Shown one piece after another: positions 42,700-55,979 of a stretch of DNA of 64,000 nt. This stretch comes from Octopus sinensis (lineage: Eukaryota), in NCBI RefSeq assembly GCF_006345805.1, contig NC_043012.1, forward strand, positions 39,742,001-39,806,000, written 5' to 3'. The stretch's first letter is position 1, and each line of letters starts with the position of its first letter. The notes beneath the pieces were generated by a model. The model was not told the DNA's origin and ran no database searches. It saw only the letters and a list, made by a program, of their open reading frames with translations. A program made the translations under genes and the position numbers.

Positions 42700-43420
42700 T
42701 GTTGTTGTTGTTGTTGTTTACGTTTCTCCCCTCCTCCTCCTCCTTTCCACCTCCTCCTCTCCCTCTAATTGTTGTTATTAGCATCTTCAAATTTAGAGAG
42801 TTGTTCTTTCTGTATGTTTGTGTATCTACAACCTTCCTTTCTCTTTTTCTTTCTCCTTCCCTCTCTCTCTCTCTCTTCTCTTCTCTCTGCTCCCATCCTT
42901 TCTCTCCTCCTCTTCCTCTCTCACTTCTCTCATTCTTTCGTTCCCTCTCTCCTCCTATTCCTCTAGCTTTCCTTATTCCTCTTTCTTTCCCCTCTCTCAC
43001 GCTTTCCCTGGATCTTCTCTCTTTGCTTCCATCCTTTCTCTCCTCCTTTTCCTCCCTCTCCTTTCTCTCATTCTCTCTTTCCTTCCCTCTCCCCTCTCCT
43101 CTCTATTCCTCTTTATTTTCCCTCTCCTCCCTCTCCCTCTCTTGCTCTCTCTTCTCTCATCATATCTCTTCTTCTCTCTCTGCTCCCATGCTTTCTCTTT
43201 TCTTCTCCCTCTCTCTTTTCTCTCATTCCTTCTTTCCTTATCTCTCTCCTCCTCTCTCTCCTCTCTATTCCTCTTAATTCCCCCTCTCTCTCTCACTTGC
43301 TTACTCTCTCTCCCTCTAGCTTTCCCTTGTTCCCCTCTCTTTCCTATCTCTCACGCTTTCCCTTGATCCTCTCTCTCGCTTCTCCTCTCCTTCCATGACC
43401 CTGTGCAAACATACTCTGAC
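42700..43420. repeat. ~700-bp polypyrimidine/polypurine tract with higher-order repeats
   Basis: Almost pure C/T on the + strand; recurring tctctgctcccat, ctctagctttcc and ctcacgctttccc blocks. Confidence 0.9.
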
Positions 43421-43692
43421 CTCTATGCTAATTCATCAATAAACTCACAGATTATCTCCCACTTAGCAACTCTCTGTGGAATTCCTGAAACTGGATTAAT
43501 GTCATATTATTCACTTACACTATCATCATCGTCGTCATCATTACCGTCAATATCATAATCCCTTCCTCCTCCTCCTTTTCCCCACTTTTCTTCTTTTCTC
43601 CTCTTTTTCGCTCTCTTCCTCTTCTCCGTCTTTTGCTTTCTGTCTTCCACATCACGCCCTCCGTCACCACTACCGTCATTATAATAATAATA

Positions 43693-43730
<38 letters not shown>

Positions 43731-43891
43731 GGCGCAGGTGTGGCAAGTAGCTTGCTTACCAACCACATGATACCCACTGGGTTCAGTCCCACTGCGTGGC
43801 ACCATGGGCAAGTGTCTTCTACTATAGCCTCGGGCCGACCAAAGCATTGTGAGTGGATTTGGTAGACGGAAACTGAAAGAAGCCCGTCGCA

Positions 43892-43955
<64 letters not shown>

Positions 43956-44172
43956 TGTGTGTGAATATGTTTGTGTGTCTGTATTTGTCCTCCCCCTCCA
44001 ACATCGCTTGACAATCAATGCTGGTGTGTTTACATCCACGTAACTTAGCGGTTCGGCAAAAGAATTCGATAGGCTTACAAAAAAAAAGTTCTGGAGTCGA
44101 TTTGTTCGACCAAAGGCAGAGCTCCAGCAAGGCCGCAGTCAAATGACTGAAACAAGCAAAGAGAATAAAAGA
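43731..44172 (+). mobile_element. SINE family A, full length
   Basis: ggcgcaggtgtggcaagtagcttgcttacc...gactgaaacaagcaaaga. Confidence 0.9.
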
Positions 44173-44837
44173 ACACCATCAACATCACCATCACCACCAT
44201 CACTGTCTTCAATAGTGTCATCATGCGCCTACTCCTCCTCTCCCTCCTCCTCTTCATCATCATCATAAGTATATCATCTCCGGGGTCGACTTTGCCTTTC
44301 ATTACTTCGGGGTCGATAAATTAAGTTACCAGTTGTGTAATGGGGTCGATTTAATCGCCTGCCCCCTCTCCTTAAATTTCGGGCCTTGTGCCTAGAGTAG
44401 AACAGAAAGTATGCCATCTTCACCATCACTGCCTCTTTTCCTCATTCTGGCATCAACATTACTATATAACTCACAAAATAATAGCGTCACTGAGAATTGA
44501 ACTCGTAATGAGCCGTCAAAGGTGCAATGCAACCGGGACAATAACTTTGCCGTTACGTACTGAAGTGCTGTCATTCTGACCCAACGCAACAAGTTATATG
44601 TTTGATGTAGCTTAAAAGGGGGGGCCTTTAGAATTAATTCCTTCTTCGGATATTCTATATTGCTGACTTTGGTTGGCTTTTCCATTAAACCGTATGTGGT
44701 TTTCTGACTCTCTATTACGTTTAAACTACAAGGATAAATGACAACGTCACCCCCAACATGTATCTGCGCTCAATCAATAATAACGACTCCTGACAAAATA
44801 TATTTAACAAGCAGTCTCCTCAAGTATCTTAAAGCTT

Positions 44838-45458
44838 TTATCTTTTACTTGTATCTGGCATTGGACTACGGCCGTGCTGGAGCACCGCCTTGAAGTGTTG
44901 AACAATGCGATCCCAAAATTTATTTTTCAGCTTGGTACTTATTCTAGCGTTATGTTTTTGCCGAAGCGTAAACAAACCAACACTGGCAGTCAGGAGGCGG
45001 AGGGGAGGCACAAAAAAACAAAAAGACACCCACCCACACATACAGCTGGCTTCTTTCAGTTTCCGTCAATCAAATTCACATACAAGGCTTTAATCGGTCA
45101 TGGGCTATAACAGAAGACACTTACCCAAAGTCTCGCGAAGTAGGAATGAACCCAAGACCACTTCGCTTCGAAGCAAGCTTCTTAACAATAAAGCCACGAC
45201 TGCGCCTATAACATTCTCTAATTTGCTTCAGTCACTGGACTGCGGCCATGCTGGAGCACCGCCTTTCCGTCAAACAAATCGGCCTTAGGACTTATTCTTT
45301 GTAAGCCACGTACTTATTCTATCGGTTTCTTTTGGAACCACTAAGTGACGTGGATGTAAACACACCAACATCGGTTGTCAAGCGATGATGGGGGGACAAA
45401 CATAGGCACACAAATACATACATATACATATACATATATATATATACTAAAGGTTATG

Positions 45459-45520
<62 letters not shown>

Positions 45521-45618
45521 CGAGCTTCTTTCGGTTTCCGTCTACCAAACCACTCACAAAGCTTAGGTCGGCCCAGGACCATGTGATTGGGAAGCAAGTT
45601 TCTTACCACAGCCATCCC
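44838..45618 (-). mobile_element. Two adjacent SINE family A copies
   Basis: Two successive tail-core-head series (~44838-45205 and ~45220-45618). Confidence 0.8.
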
Positions 45619-47907
45619 TATAATATGTAAACGTTTGCTAAATAATTTCTCTAATTAATCCCATGAACCTCTGCTCTTATAGAGGGATGTATTTTGCGAT
45701 GTGGATGATTTTATATAGAGATTTGTTTTTGTCTGCTGTAAGTGATGTATCGTTACAAACACAGAAAGACATTTCTTTTCCTGATCTTTGTGCAATTTTA
45801 AACATTCAGTTATAAATCTTAAAGACTTTTGCTGTATATATAAAAATCAACATTTAAACAACATCGAGAAGCATGATATATCCACGTTTCTAGTCATTAA
45901 TCAAGCAATAATTGTAATTGTTTATTAATATTTTAAAATTATTAATTACTTTATCTTTATTTTGCGAACATGTAAAAATTATTGTTTATTCAGCTAAACT
46001 TTGTTCTCAAGATAACTCGGGGGCTAGAATCAATTTTGTGGTTTACAAAAGCAGCTGCTAGACGTTATTTCAAGAATTTCCCGAATCCCGTCCTTGTTTG
46101 TAAATGGAATAATAGTAGACATGTTGGAAATTGAACAATATCAAAAATAAATCTATTTTCAAATATAATAAATTCTTTCATCTAAATCATTTCACAAACA
46201 AATTCTTCCAAAATAGAACTAAAGATACACAAATTTAAAATTGCTGCAAATCTTTATAACAATGTAAAATATGGATTTTTAACAAAGACTACAGCTCCAA
46301 GTTTCATGGAGGAGTATGGATAGCTGCCTGTATAGATTCCAGTATTTAGCCTGTACTTATCGAGAGAAGGAAGAAAATATCATCTCCAGTTTGTAATGGT
46401 GAGAAAAAAAACCCATATAATTCATTATACAAGCGTACCTCAAAGAATTTGCTATTCTCTTTAGTAAGGGGGACCAATATCTAATGTAAGGTACAGGCTC
46501 CAACTGACTGTCATAACCAACATTGCAGCATTTTGTTTCATTCAACGGATTCCTAGTTTCAAATTATCATTAGAGTTCATATCTTGATTCACTCTGTGGT
46601 TGAAATCTCAATACATCATAGTTAGCAGAAAACTTTAAACATCTGAGAAAATCTAAGCAATTATCAAACGTAGACTCCCTCTCTTGACTTTTTAAATCTA
46701 AAAGCAACGAACAAAGGAAGGAGATTATTTTTATTAAATTGGTTGCATAATTTCTGTTAAGAGTTTTTCAACGCACAATATTAAATAAGTGAAGCTCTAT
46801 CATTTCATTCCCTTAGTAACCAGACCTCTTTCTTGAAGTACTCTCCTTTAGCCACATGTGCTGACAAGATGCAATAAGACCGAAACATGTCCGTTATTTA
46901 CAGCAGTTCAAGTTGCCTACCAGATTTAATATGTTCTAAATTTTTTATATTCTTAACTTCGTTTCAGTCATACTATAGTCATACTGTAGCAACATTGTCC
47001 AAATATTTTCGTGTACAACTGACCTTATGTGAGTTTCTCCCTGTAGTCTGTTACAAGTTAACTCACTCCGTCTCACGCAAAGGATTTTTTATTTTATTAA
47101 CTGCATATTATAATCTAATTTGTTATTAATATTTATTGTATTAATTTCCGTTAATCGAATATTTTCAACCCACTGTACATTACATATAAGTCTGCAACAT
47201 CTGTTTATTCAGTTTTCAGAATCTACGCCTGGGGAATATTTGGTCAGCCATATTGCTAAAACACGAGTTATTTACGCACGCTAAGATACAAGTTGAAATT
47301 GATCAGCAGCCAAAAGAATTGATAATATTTCAGTACATAACCCTTCCGGTTTATATTCTTGAAGTGAAAAGAAAGCATACAAAAGTCTAGTGTTGCACAG
47401 ATTTCATTTGCCAAGCCTTCACAAAATGTTATGACTGTTTTAGTGTTGAAATCTCACCGGATTTGATGCTGCCTTTAAATTTCGTGTAGCTCAATAAAAT
47501 ATACCAGTGAAATATTGGGGTCCATGTAAATAAATTTATATCACTATAGTAACAGAGGCCTTATATGTTAAAAACCATTTTTAAATGATAAAGGGACTTG
47601 TTTGCAGTATTTAGTTACAACAGTTTCAGTTGTAGGTTCAAGCCCTGTAGAAACCAGTTTTGCTGATCCTTTTAAGGGGTTCAGAAAGGGAACCAATTAA
47701 AAGGCAGAGCCTTAACCCGTATGTACCAATATATGTAAGAACGTCAGATCTTTTGCGAGGAATGTAAAAATCACCCTTATCGCTGTCAGCATCAGGTTTT
47801 ATTTTAAATAATAAACACATATATACTTGCACCAACATATATATATACATATATAATATAAATATATATACATATAGACACATATGTGTGTGTGTGTGTG
47901 TGTGTAT

Positions 47908-48672
47908 AGGCGTAGGAGTGGCTGTGTAGTAATTAGCTTGCTTACGAAACACATGGTTCCGGGTTCAATCCCACTGCGTGGCACCTTGGGCAGGTGTCTT
48001 CTACTATAGCCTCGGGCCGATCAAAGCTTTGTGAGTGGACTTGGTAGACGGAAACTGAAAGCCCGTCGTGTATATGTGCGTGTGTGTGTGTGTGTGTTTC
48101 TGACAACTGATGTTGGTGTGTTTACATTCCCATAATCTAGCGGTTCAGCAAAAGAGGCCGATAGAATAGTATAGGAGCACTCCGTCGGTTACGACGATGA
48201 GGGTCCCAGCTGATACGATCAAGGGAACAGCTTGCTCGTGGAATTAACATGCAAGTGGCTGAGCATTCCACAGACACGTGTTCCCTTAACGTAGTTCTCG
48301 AGGAGATTCAGCGTGACACAGAGTGTGACAAGGCTGGCCCTTTGAAATACAGGTACAACAGAAACAGGAAGTAAGAGTGAGAGAAAGTTGTGGTGAAAGA
48401 GTACAGCAGGGTTCACCACCACCCTCTGCAGGAGCCTTGTGAAGCTTTAGGTGTTTTCGCTCAATAAACACTCACAATGCCCGGTCTGGGCATCGAAACC
48501 GCGATCCTACGACCGCGAGTCCGCTGCCCTAACCACTGGGCCATTGCGCCTCCACAAGGCCGATAGAATAAGTACTAGGCTTACAAAGAATAAGTCCTGC
48601 GGTCAATTTGTTCGACTAAAGGTGGTGCTCCAGCATGGCCTCAGTCAAATGACTGAAACAAGTGAAAGAATG
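47908..48672 (+). mobile_element. SINE family A interrupted by a family B SINE
   Basis: Head at 47908; body resumes at 48557 and ends with gactgaaacaagtgaaaga. Confidence 0.85.
48169..48556 (-). mobile_element. SINE family B, nested, with 14-bp TSD
   Basis: Minus head gtggaggcgcaatggcccagtggttagggcag...ggtttcgatgccc; aggccgatagaata at 48155-48168 and 48557-48570. Confidence 0.85.
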
Positions 48673-49080
48673 AAAGATATATATATATATAGCTATAGAT
48701 ATATTTATACACACATGTATTTTATGTGCATGCATGTATCTTTTTGCGTATATATAAATAAAATGTTCTCACATTCGAAAAGCTATTATTTAGCAGTAAA
48801 ATTAATGGTAATTATTATCAGGGACCATTTGACCTTAATGGACAGAGCACTCAACCAGTACGTGAATGGTGTAGTGTTCGGTTCTCCGTAGCCGCCTGCT
48901 GACAACTTTAACATTTCCGTCTTCTAAGGGTAAATACCAAATCTTTCTCTGCTGTGTTTGCAGGTATACTGCACTCGGAATTTACGCTCTTGTCTCTAAC
49001 ACACACACTATATACACACATACATACACACATACATACATACATACATACATACATACATACATACATACATACATACA

Positions 49081-49112
<32 letters not shown>

Positions 49113-50615
49113 CAAATTCCACCGTACGAAGAGAAGGCTTTGCCTTAAACACTGATCACAACCAAACCTCTTTGCGAAAATTCACGCCCACCTTACTCGA
49201 CATCAACATCTTTTTGAACAGCTGGAACTGTTCACACTCTAATAGAAGATTTGGGAATCAAAAAGCAGATGAAGAATTTGAGAAGTCCCAACTCTCAAAG
49301 GAGTTTTTTTTTGTTGCATTGTGGGATTTTTTTTTCTAAGTAACCATACGTAACACATTAGCATTCAGGCTGCTCTGTCAAATGTAATGTGTATTTATTT
49401 GATTTAATCATACGTTATCTTGTGGCTTCAAGATTTCAAATGATTGTTTATTGTTAGAATGACATTGTCAGGTAGGTGAGAGAGGCCAGATCTAGCTGGC
49501 TTGAACATAAAAAAAGGTAGAATATTAGGGCCAAATAAAGGGTTCATTTAACATCACATTGATAAAAGACAATCATAAAAGATTAGATAGTTTAATTAAA
49601 TAGGTTTCTTTAACTCAATTCAAAATAGTTTTAATTTTTCTTTTAAGAAGATTATATTTCACATGGTACATTCTAATACAGAAACACACACAGATCCTAA
49701 CATCATTTACACAAAGAAATTCAAAGTGTTTTAAATGAGAGTTCCCTGGATTAAGAGAACCAGGAGTGTGTATGGTGGGATGGGAAGAGAAACAGACAGG
49801 AAAAGCTTTGGTGGTCTTCATTCTCTACCAAAACCTTTTTATAATAATATTTATATAATAATTTATTTTATTTTTATTCCTAACACATACAGAGAGATGG
49901 GGGTAAAAAAGAAAAGAAAATTAAAAGTTTTCAAAGAATGAAGAAAAATAAATATCATCATCTCACACACAGGCATGAACTGGAGTGGGGAAGATTAATT
50001 TTAGGGGTTTGAAAATTATCACAAATTAATAGGGACATGAGACAGAGCATAGACAATGATCCCAGGTATGGGGTCCTTTGAAAAGAAAGGTTACAGGATT
50101 TTATTATCATAAATAGATCCAAATATAAAAGAATATATTGAGAGGTGGAGAAAAAGATTTGTTTTTTGTAATATTTTTTGTCATTATAGAAATGGACCTC
50201 CCTGCTTCACAATTCTTCAAAAATGCTTCAGTCTATTTGCCACCTTAGATTGGTATTTTCCGAAGGTTGTGAGTCTAGTTCGTCTAACTGTTGCTGCTTT
50301 TTCTGCCGTCTTTTGTAGCCTTCCGGGTCCTTAATACCCCGATATTCCATGGATTTCCTTCGTTTCTCGGCAGCATCAGCACTTCAGAATGGTCAGCATG
50401 TGCAATTTGGTGTTCGGAATAATGGTCAAACATTCTCCGCTTTTTGGCCGGAAGGTCGTTGATATCATAAAACTCAAGGTTTGAAAACGAGAGTTTGTGG
50501 TATGGCACACAGCCTAGTGAGTGGTTTTCCCAGTTGGTGTCTGTAGAAATTTCCCAGGATGTGAGAGATGTGGAAATAGATTCCGGTTGAGTAGAATTTT
50601 GGATATTTTGGCTAC

Positions 50616-50657
50616 GCTGCATTGAAAAGGGGCAATACCCCGAAACGCGTCTGTAGC
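50616..50657 (+). ncRNA. Type I hammerhead ribozyme, copy 1
   Basis: GCTGCA-TTGAAAA-GGGG(CAATA)CCCC-GAAA-C(GC)G-TC-TGTAGC; predicted cleavage after 50651. Confidence 0.85.
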
Positions 50658-50978
50658 TGCCGGCCAAGTAGTGTGGAGCGACTGACCTCCCTTGTTCAAA
50701 GGTTATATGGATACAGTTTGTGTATCAAATAGCTAACTTAAGGCGATGGCCTCATGGAGCTAATAAGCGGTCAGCTTTTTTCTTATTTTTATAAGAATGC
50801 CATATTAGTATGGCGATAACTAATATTTTCCGGGAACGCTGCCGTTGTTCTCTTTTAGAGAGACTTAGTAATTTTAATATTTCTATTATTGAAAACAAGT
50901 GGATGTATTCCACCGTAGCTAGGTAAATAAAACCTTTGAACAGAGATTGTCGGAAGCGACACCTACTGGTTTGGCTAC

Positions 50979-51020
50979 GCTGCATTGAAAAGGGGCAATA
51001 CCCCGAAACGCGTCTGTAGC
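50979..51020 (+). ncRNA. Type I hammerhead ribozyme, copy 2
   Basis: Identical to copy 1; predicted cleavage after 51014. Confidence 0.85.
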
Positions 51021-51339
51021 TGCCGGCCAAGTAGTGTGGAGCGACTGACCTCCCTTGTTCAAAGGTTATATGGATACAGTTTGTGTATCAAATAGCTAAC
51101 TTAAGGCGATGGCCTTATGGAGCTAATAAGCGTCAGCTTTTTTCTTATTTTTATAAGAATGCCATATTAGTATGGCGATAACTAATATTTTCCGGGAACG
51201 CTGCCGTTGTTCTCTTTTAGAGAGACTTAGTAATTTTAATATTTCTACTATTGAAAACAAGTGGATGTATTCCACCGTAGCTAGGTAAATAAAACCTTGA
51301 ACAGAGATTGTCGGAAGCGACACCTACTGGTTTGGCTAC

Positions 51340-51381
51340 GCTGCATTGAAAAGGGGCAATACCCCGAAACGCGTCTGTAGC
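51340..51381 (+). ncRNA. Type I hammerhead ribozyme, copy 3
   Basis: Identical to copy 1; predicted cleavage after 51375. Confidence 0.85.
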
Positions 51382-52319
51382 TGCCGGCCAAGTAGTGTGG
51401 AGCGACTGACCTCCCTTGTTCAAGGTTATATGGATACAGTTGTGTATCAAATAGCTAACTTAAGGCGATGGCCTCATGGAGCTAATAAGCGGTCAGCTTT
51501 TTTCTTATTTTTATAAGAATGCCATATTAGTATGGCGATAACTAATATTTTCCGGGAACGCTGCCGTTGTTCTCTTTTAGAGAGACTTAGTAATTTTAAT
51601 ATTTCTATTATATATATATATATATATATGGTTGTATGTATGTGTGCATGTATGTGTGTGTGTACCTATATGTAGATTTAAATAACTATTATACTCAAAG
51701 TAACAGGAGTTTTATACATAGAAATCATTTGCAGGAAACTTTTTGTAAAATAAATTAGTTCACCAACTTTTGTCTATTGGTGTAAAATTACTTTCTCTTG
51801 GATTTGTATTCGCTTCATATTCTTTAACTTTAAGCTACATTACACCACATACATGGTATTACAGCACCACCACCACCACTCCCATATAACACACAAACAA
51901 CCAGTTCGATGTAGCAATGGCTATAGAATTTCTGGGAGATATTTCTGTGAAATGCTGGTATCGATGCCAAATATATATCAGATTCTATGCTAAATTTAGT
52001 CCTAAACTATTTCTGCAAAAATTCCTTCCTTGCAAGAATGATAAGGAAGTTCAGCATATTAGATTATGCCTCCATTAAAATGTTAATTAGTGGGTCGATG
52101 GTGATGCCGGGGGTAGTGGTGTTACTGATGTTGCTGTAGTAGTAGTAGTAGTAGTAGTGTTGGTGGTGGTGGCATGGTGCTGATGAATAGATAAATATAC
52201 CGATATTTAATCATATGTACTTGTACACGGGCACAAATATGTGTATATATAAATATATATATGTATATATATATATATAAAAATATATATATATGTTTAT
52301 TTATTTATTTATATACAGT

Positions 52320-52565
52320 GAGGGCGCATAGCCTAGTGGTTATGGTGCTACGATCGCGAGATTGTGGTTTCAATTCTTGGACTGGGTGGTGCGTTGGGTT
52401 CTTGAGCAGAACGCTTCTTCACACGTTGCATCACGGGTCACTTGGACACTTGACGTATGGTACACTGTGCACCTGTCCAGAAACGTTGATTTGATGGACG
52501 GGAGTGAACTGATGTACGGTGCAAAGATTGATCACTCATACGTCGTCTTCGACGGAGATTCCATC
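52320..52565 (+). mobile_element. tRNA-derived SINE (family B/C)
   Basis: agggcgcatagcctagtggttatgg...ggtttcaattcttggactgggtgg; related to 22576. Confidence 0.65.
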
Positions 52566-52581
52566 TGATATATATATATAT

Positions 52582-52672
<91 letters not shown>

Positions 52673-52682
52673 ATATACATGG

Positions 52683-52735
<53 letters not shown>

Positions 52736-53494
52736 AGTAGAAATATGTTACAAACGCAAAATATAAAATACACGTGGAAATGTAAGGGTAAAATATGAAA
52801 AATCAACGAAAATGCACATTGTAAATAAAAAAAAGCCTTTTTATGACAGGTAACGACAATATATACACTTAGATGGACTGAGGTAGTAATAAGAGTCATA
52901 AAAGTCATTATTATGAGATGATTATAAGATGATAAAAATGTAAGATATATATATATATTATATATATAAAGTTAATTTAACTTTATGCTGAAGGATTACC
53001 AAATACTTTTTGGTTAGTCTATATATTAACTTTTAGAAAGAAAAGGTGACTTCAAATTTTCGGTTTGCATGCTTTCATTATTTGTGCGTGTGTGTTTAGG
53101 AATAATATATACATATACACATGCATACATGTGTTGTACATATTGTATTCAAATATGCGTGCATTTATATACCTGTTTTAGCGTGTAGGAGAGAGAAAGA
53201 ATTGACATTTGTTCATTTTATCTAATTGATCTCTACCTAATTTCCCTATCTCGCTATTCTTAGGATTTTTCAGAAACCACTAAGAAATTATTCATTTGTG
53301 TATGTGTACATTGATTTATATATAGATACGCACACATCTATACGTACACACACGCACCACACACACATATATATAAAAAAGAGAGAGAAATATCGGATAT
53401 ATATATATATACACACACACACATATACAGAATTTGTCGTATATATGTAAAACTATATCTTTTATGTACAAGCACGTAAGCAATATACAGGTGC

Positions 53495-53590
53495 ATATAT
53501 ATAGGTACACACATACAGGTGCACACATATACAGGTGCACACACATAGGTACACACATAAAGGTGCACATATATACAAGTACACTTCCTT
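53495..53590. repeat. ~14-bp minisatellite (ayacaggtgcacac-like)
   Basis: About 6 degenerate units read directly. Confidence 0.75.
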
Positions 53591-53879
53591 GTTGAAACAC
53601 ACACATATAAACTCACCTGAACATATCTAGCATCAACATATGTTTCTCGTATAATGTTAATCATCTAATCATCCTTTGTAAAGATATTTACGTAAATCTT
53701 GTTGCATGCAGATAAATGCTTTCCTCCTAAAATCACACACACCTGCTCATTTATGCGGATGCATATATGGATGGATTATACCAAGTTTTGTACCGAAACT
53801 AAGCTACAAAGTGGGCATAACTGTTTTATTGATATAAGTTATTCAAATTGCTTATGTTGGTTGAGTAATACTTCTATAC

Positions 53880-54745
53880 AAAGGCACTAATAAATATAGC
53901 TTCTGTCACAAGTGATGAATTTGCGCCATCTTTAAACCTGTCTCGAATCCATTTTGAAAAAAATCAGTTGGGAAATAGTGTATCCATTCCACACTTACTT
54001 TTATGTTGTCCGTGTCATCAAACCGTAGTCCACGAGGACCGTCCTTCATTGAGATAAACAGGTGGAAATTGTAGGATGCTAGATAGGTGTTTTTTTGGTA
54101 GATGAGGAACTACTGACCAATCCAGGATGTTTGTGTCACGTATTGCGAGAGTGAATCTGGGTCGATTTCATGTTTTTCTTCATTCTCTTCCTTCCTTCTG
54201 CTGGATTCTCTGAGATTTTGTAGAGTTTCAATGTGGTGCTTGCTGTTTCCTGTACAGCCACGTTCCAGAAACTCAAAGAGAATGGCGCCCTTATTATTCA
54301 CAAAAGACTTGCCATAACATTCGTTGACTCTTTCCTTGGGGCCAAAAAACAAAGGCGTTAGACCATTCCATGAACTGATCCTTCGTTTCTTAATCATAAA
54401 GATATGGCTGTGCCTTATCCATCAGATCTGGAGGAATGAGATTTCACTGGTTGCAAATGTTTCTAGCAGAGCAGACTCCATCCTTTCTCTCCTTCAAATC
54501 GACTATCAGCTGCCGAGGTACCTATCTTGAGCACACTTTTCGACCCAAAGTTTTCCACCTATTTTAAAATATAATGTGACTACAGTCCAGTTGTGTAGCA
54601 AGCTCACAGTTTGTGTCTCGTTTGTCGGGGCAAATCTATTCGTCCAGTCTCTGCCGATTCGTATCAGGGGTCGCAATTGATAGTTTCCTTTTAGTACGCT
54701 TTTAACAGACATATGACCAAACATTATTGTTGTGACCATCACCTT
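53880..54745 (-). pseudogene. Mariner (Tc1/mariner) transposase relic
   Basis: Frameshifted fragments ELATQLDCSH (HTH region), KGAILFEFLERGCTGNSKHHIETLQNLR, LASYNFHLFISMKDGPRGLRFDD and FFQNGF...RWRKFITCDRSYI align by eye with mariner catalytic and C-terminal motifs. Confidence 0.8.
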
Positions 54746-55538
54746 TTATTTAGACATTTACTACCGTTGCTTGTATACTAATCTAACTATCCTTCGTTTA
54801 AGACATTATGGTGTATTTTAAATGGGATTCGACTGCTATATTTAGAAGATCAGGTGACATTGCAAAGGGATTTCATGTTGATTGTTTTATTTTAATATAT
54901 GATAGGAAAACAGCGTTCTGGGTGTGTATACCTGTCTAAGGCTTTTATGTAGACCAGGAAATTGTAGACACAACCAAGAATATTAAGTGACTGAATCTAT
55001 AGGAATGGATCTCAGGTTACCATAAACCTCTACTTTAGGTCGTTCACTAAAGAAGCTGTCTGCATAAAATATAGAATGGTTAATTGATTGTTGTAACATT
55101 TTTGTTTATATCGAGGTGATATCTAATACAGCAGACCTATGATCAAAGACCTTCCTAATGTGACCATTTCTTCTTATTCTTTCTTGAAACCTTGAATATC
55201 TGGAATCAGTAGTACCTGGAATGTTGAGAGGGGCCCAATTTCTTCAAAAGGTACCCATTGAAATATGAGAAAGGCATAGATTTACAAAGATGTCTGCAGG
55301 AATGGGAAGTGACATTCTTGAATTTTGGAATTGTTTTCAGTATTTGTAATGTGGCCATACCGGAGCATCTTTTCGCGAGTTTAGTACTCCTTTTGTTTCT
55401 CTATTTACTGAATGGCTAAATGCACTTTGATTATTTCCCTTCATACAGTTAATTCAATTTTCACAGGCATAACAGAAATTTGCCCTGGTTTACACCAGTT
55501 GACAAGTACATATAAGTACACACACACTATATATATAT

Positions 55539-55584
<46 letters not shown>

Positions 55585-55586
<2 letters not shown>

Positions 55587-55976
55587 CGTGCCTGTGTAGT
55601 AAGAAACTTGCTTCCTAACCACATGGTTACGGGTTCAGTCCCACTGAGTGGCACCTTGGGCAAGTGTCTTCTAGTATAGCCTCGGGCCGAACAAAGCCTT
55701 GTGAGTGGATTTGGTAGACGGAAACTGAAAGAATCCCGTCGTATATATATGTGTGTGTGTATGCTTGTTTGTCTCTGTGTGTGTGTTTGTGTTTGTTTCT
55801 GACAACTGATGTTGGTGTGTTTACGTTCCCGTAACCTAGCGGTTCGACAAAAGAGACCGATAGAATAAGTACTAGGCTTACAAAGAATAAGTCCTGGGAT
55901 CAATTCGTTCGACTAAAGGCGGTGCTCCAGCATGGCCGCAGTCAAATGCCTGAAAAAAGTAAAAGAGTAAAAGAAT
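55585..55976 (+). mobile_element. SINE family A, full length
   Basis: ggcgtgcctgtgtagtaagaaacttgc...ggcggtgctccagcatggccgcagtcaaatgcctgaaa. Confidence 0.9.
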
Positions 55977-55979
55977 ACA

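Larger units (their letters stand above)
50608..51610 (+). mobile_element. Tandem array (~2.75 x 362 bp) of hammerhead-bearing units: non-LTR retrozyme or Penelope pLTR-like array
   Basis: Near-identical units starting ggctacgctgcattgaaaagggg at ~50610, ~50973 and ~51334; each contains a complete type I hammerhead. Confidence 0.85.

Noticed and set aside
42645-43366. Long 182-210 aa Ser/Leu/Pro/Phe ORFs
   Set aside because: Artefact of the CT-only tract.
46861-46891. CTGACAA...GACC-GAAA-CATGTC hammerhead-like string
   Set aside because: G8 is changed without compensation, stem II is mismatched and no convincing stem I forms; at best a dead relic.
50608-51610. CRISPR-like or simple satellite reading of the array
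   Set aside because: Units are ~362 bp and near identical, with no unique spacers or cas genes; the conserved hammerhead explains the structure better.
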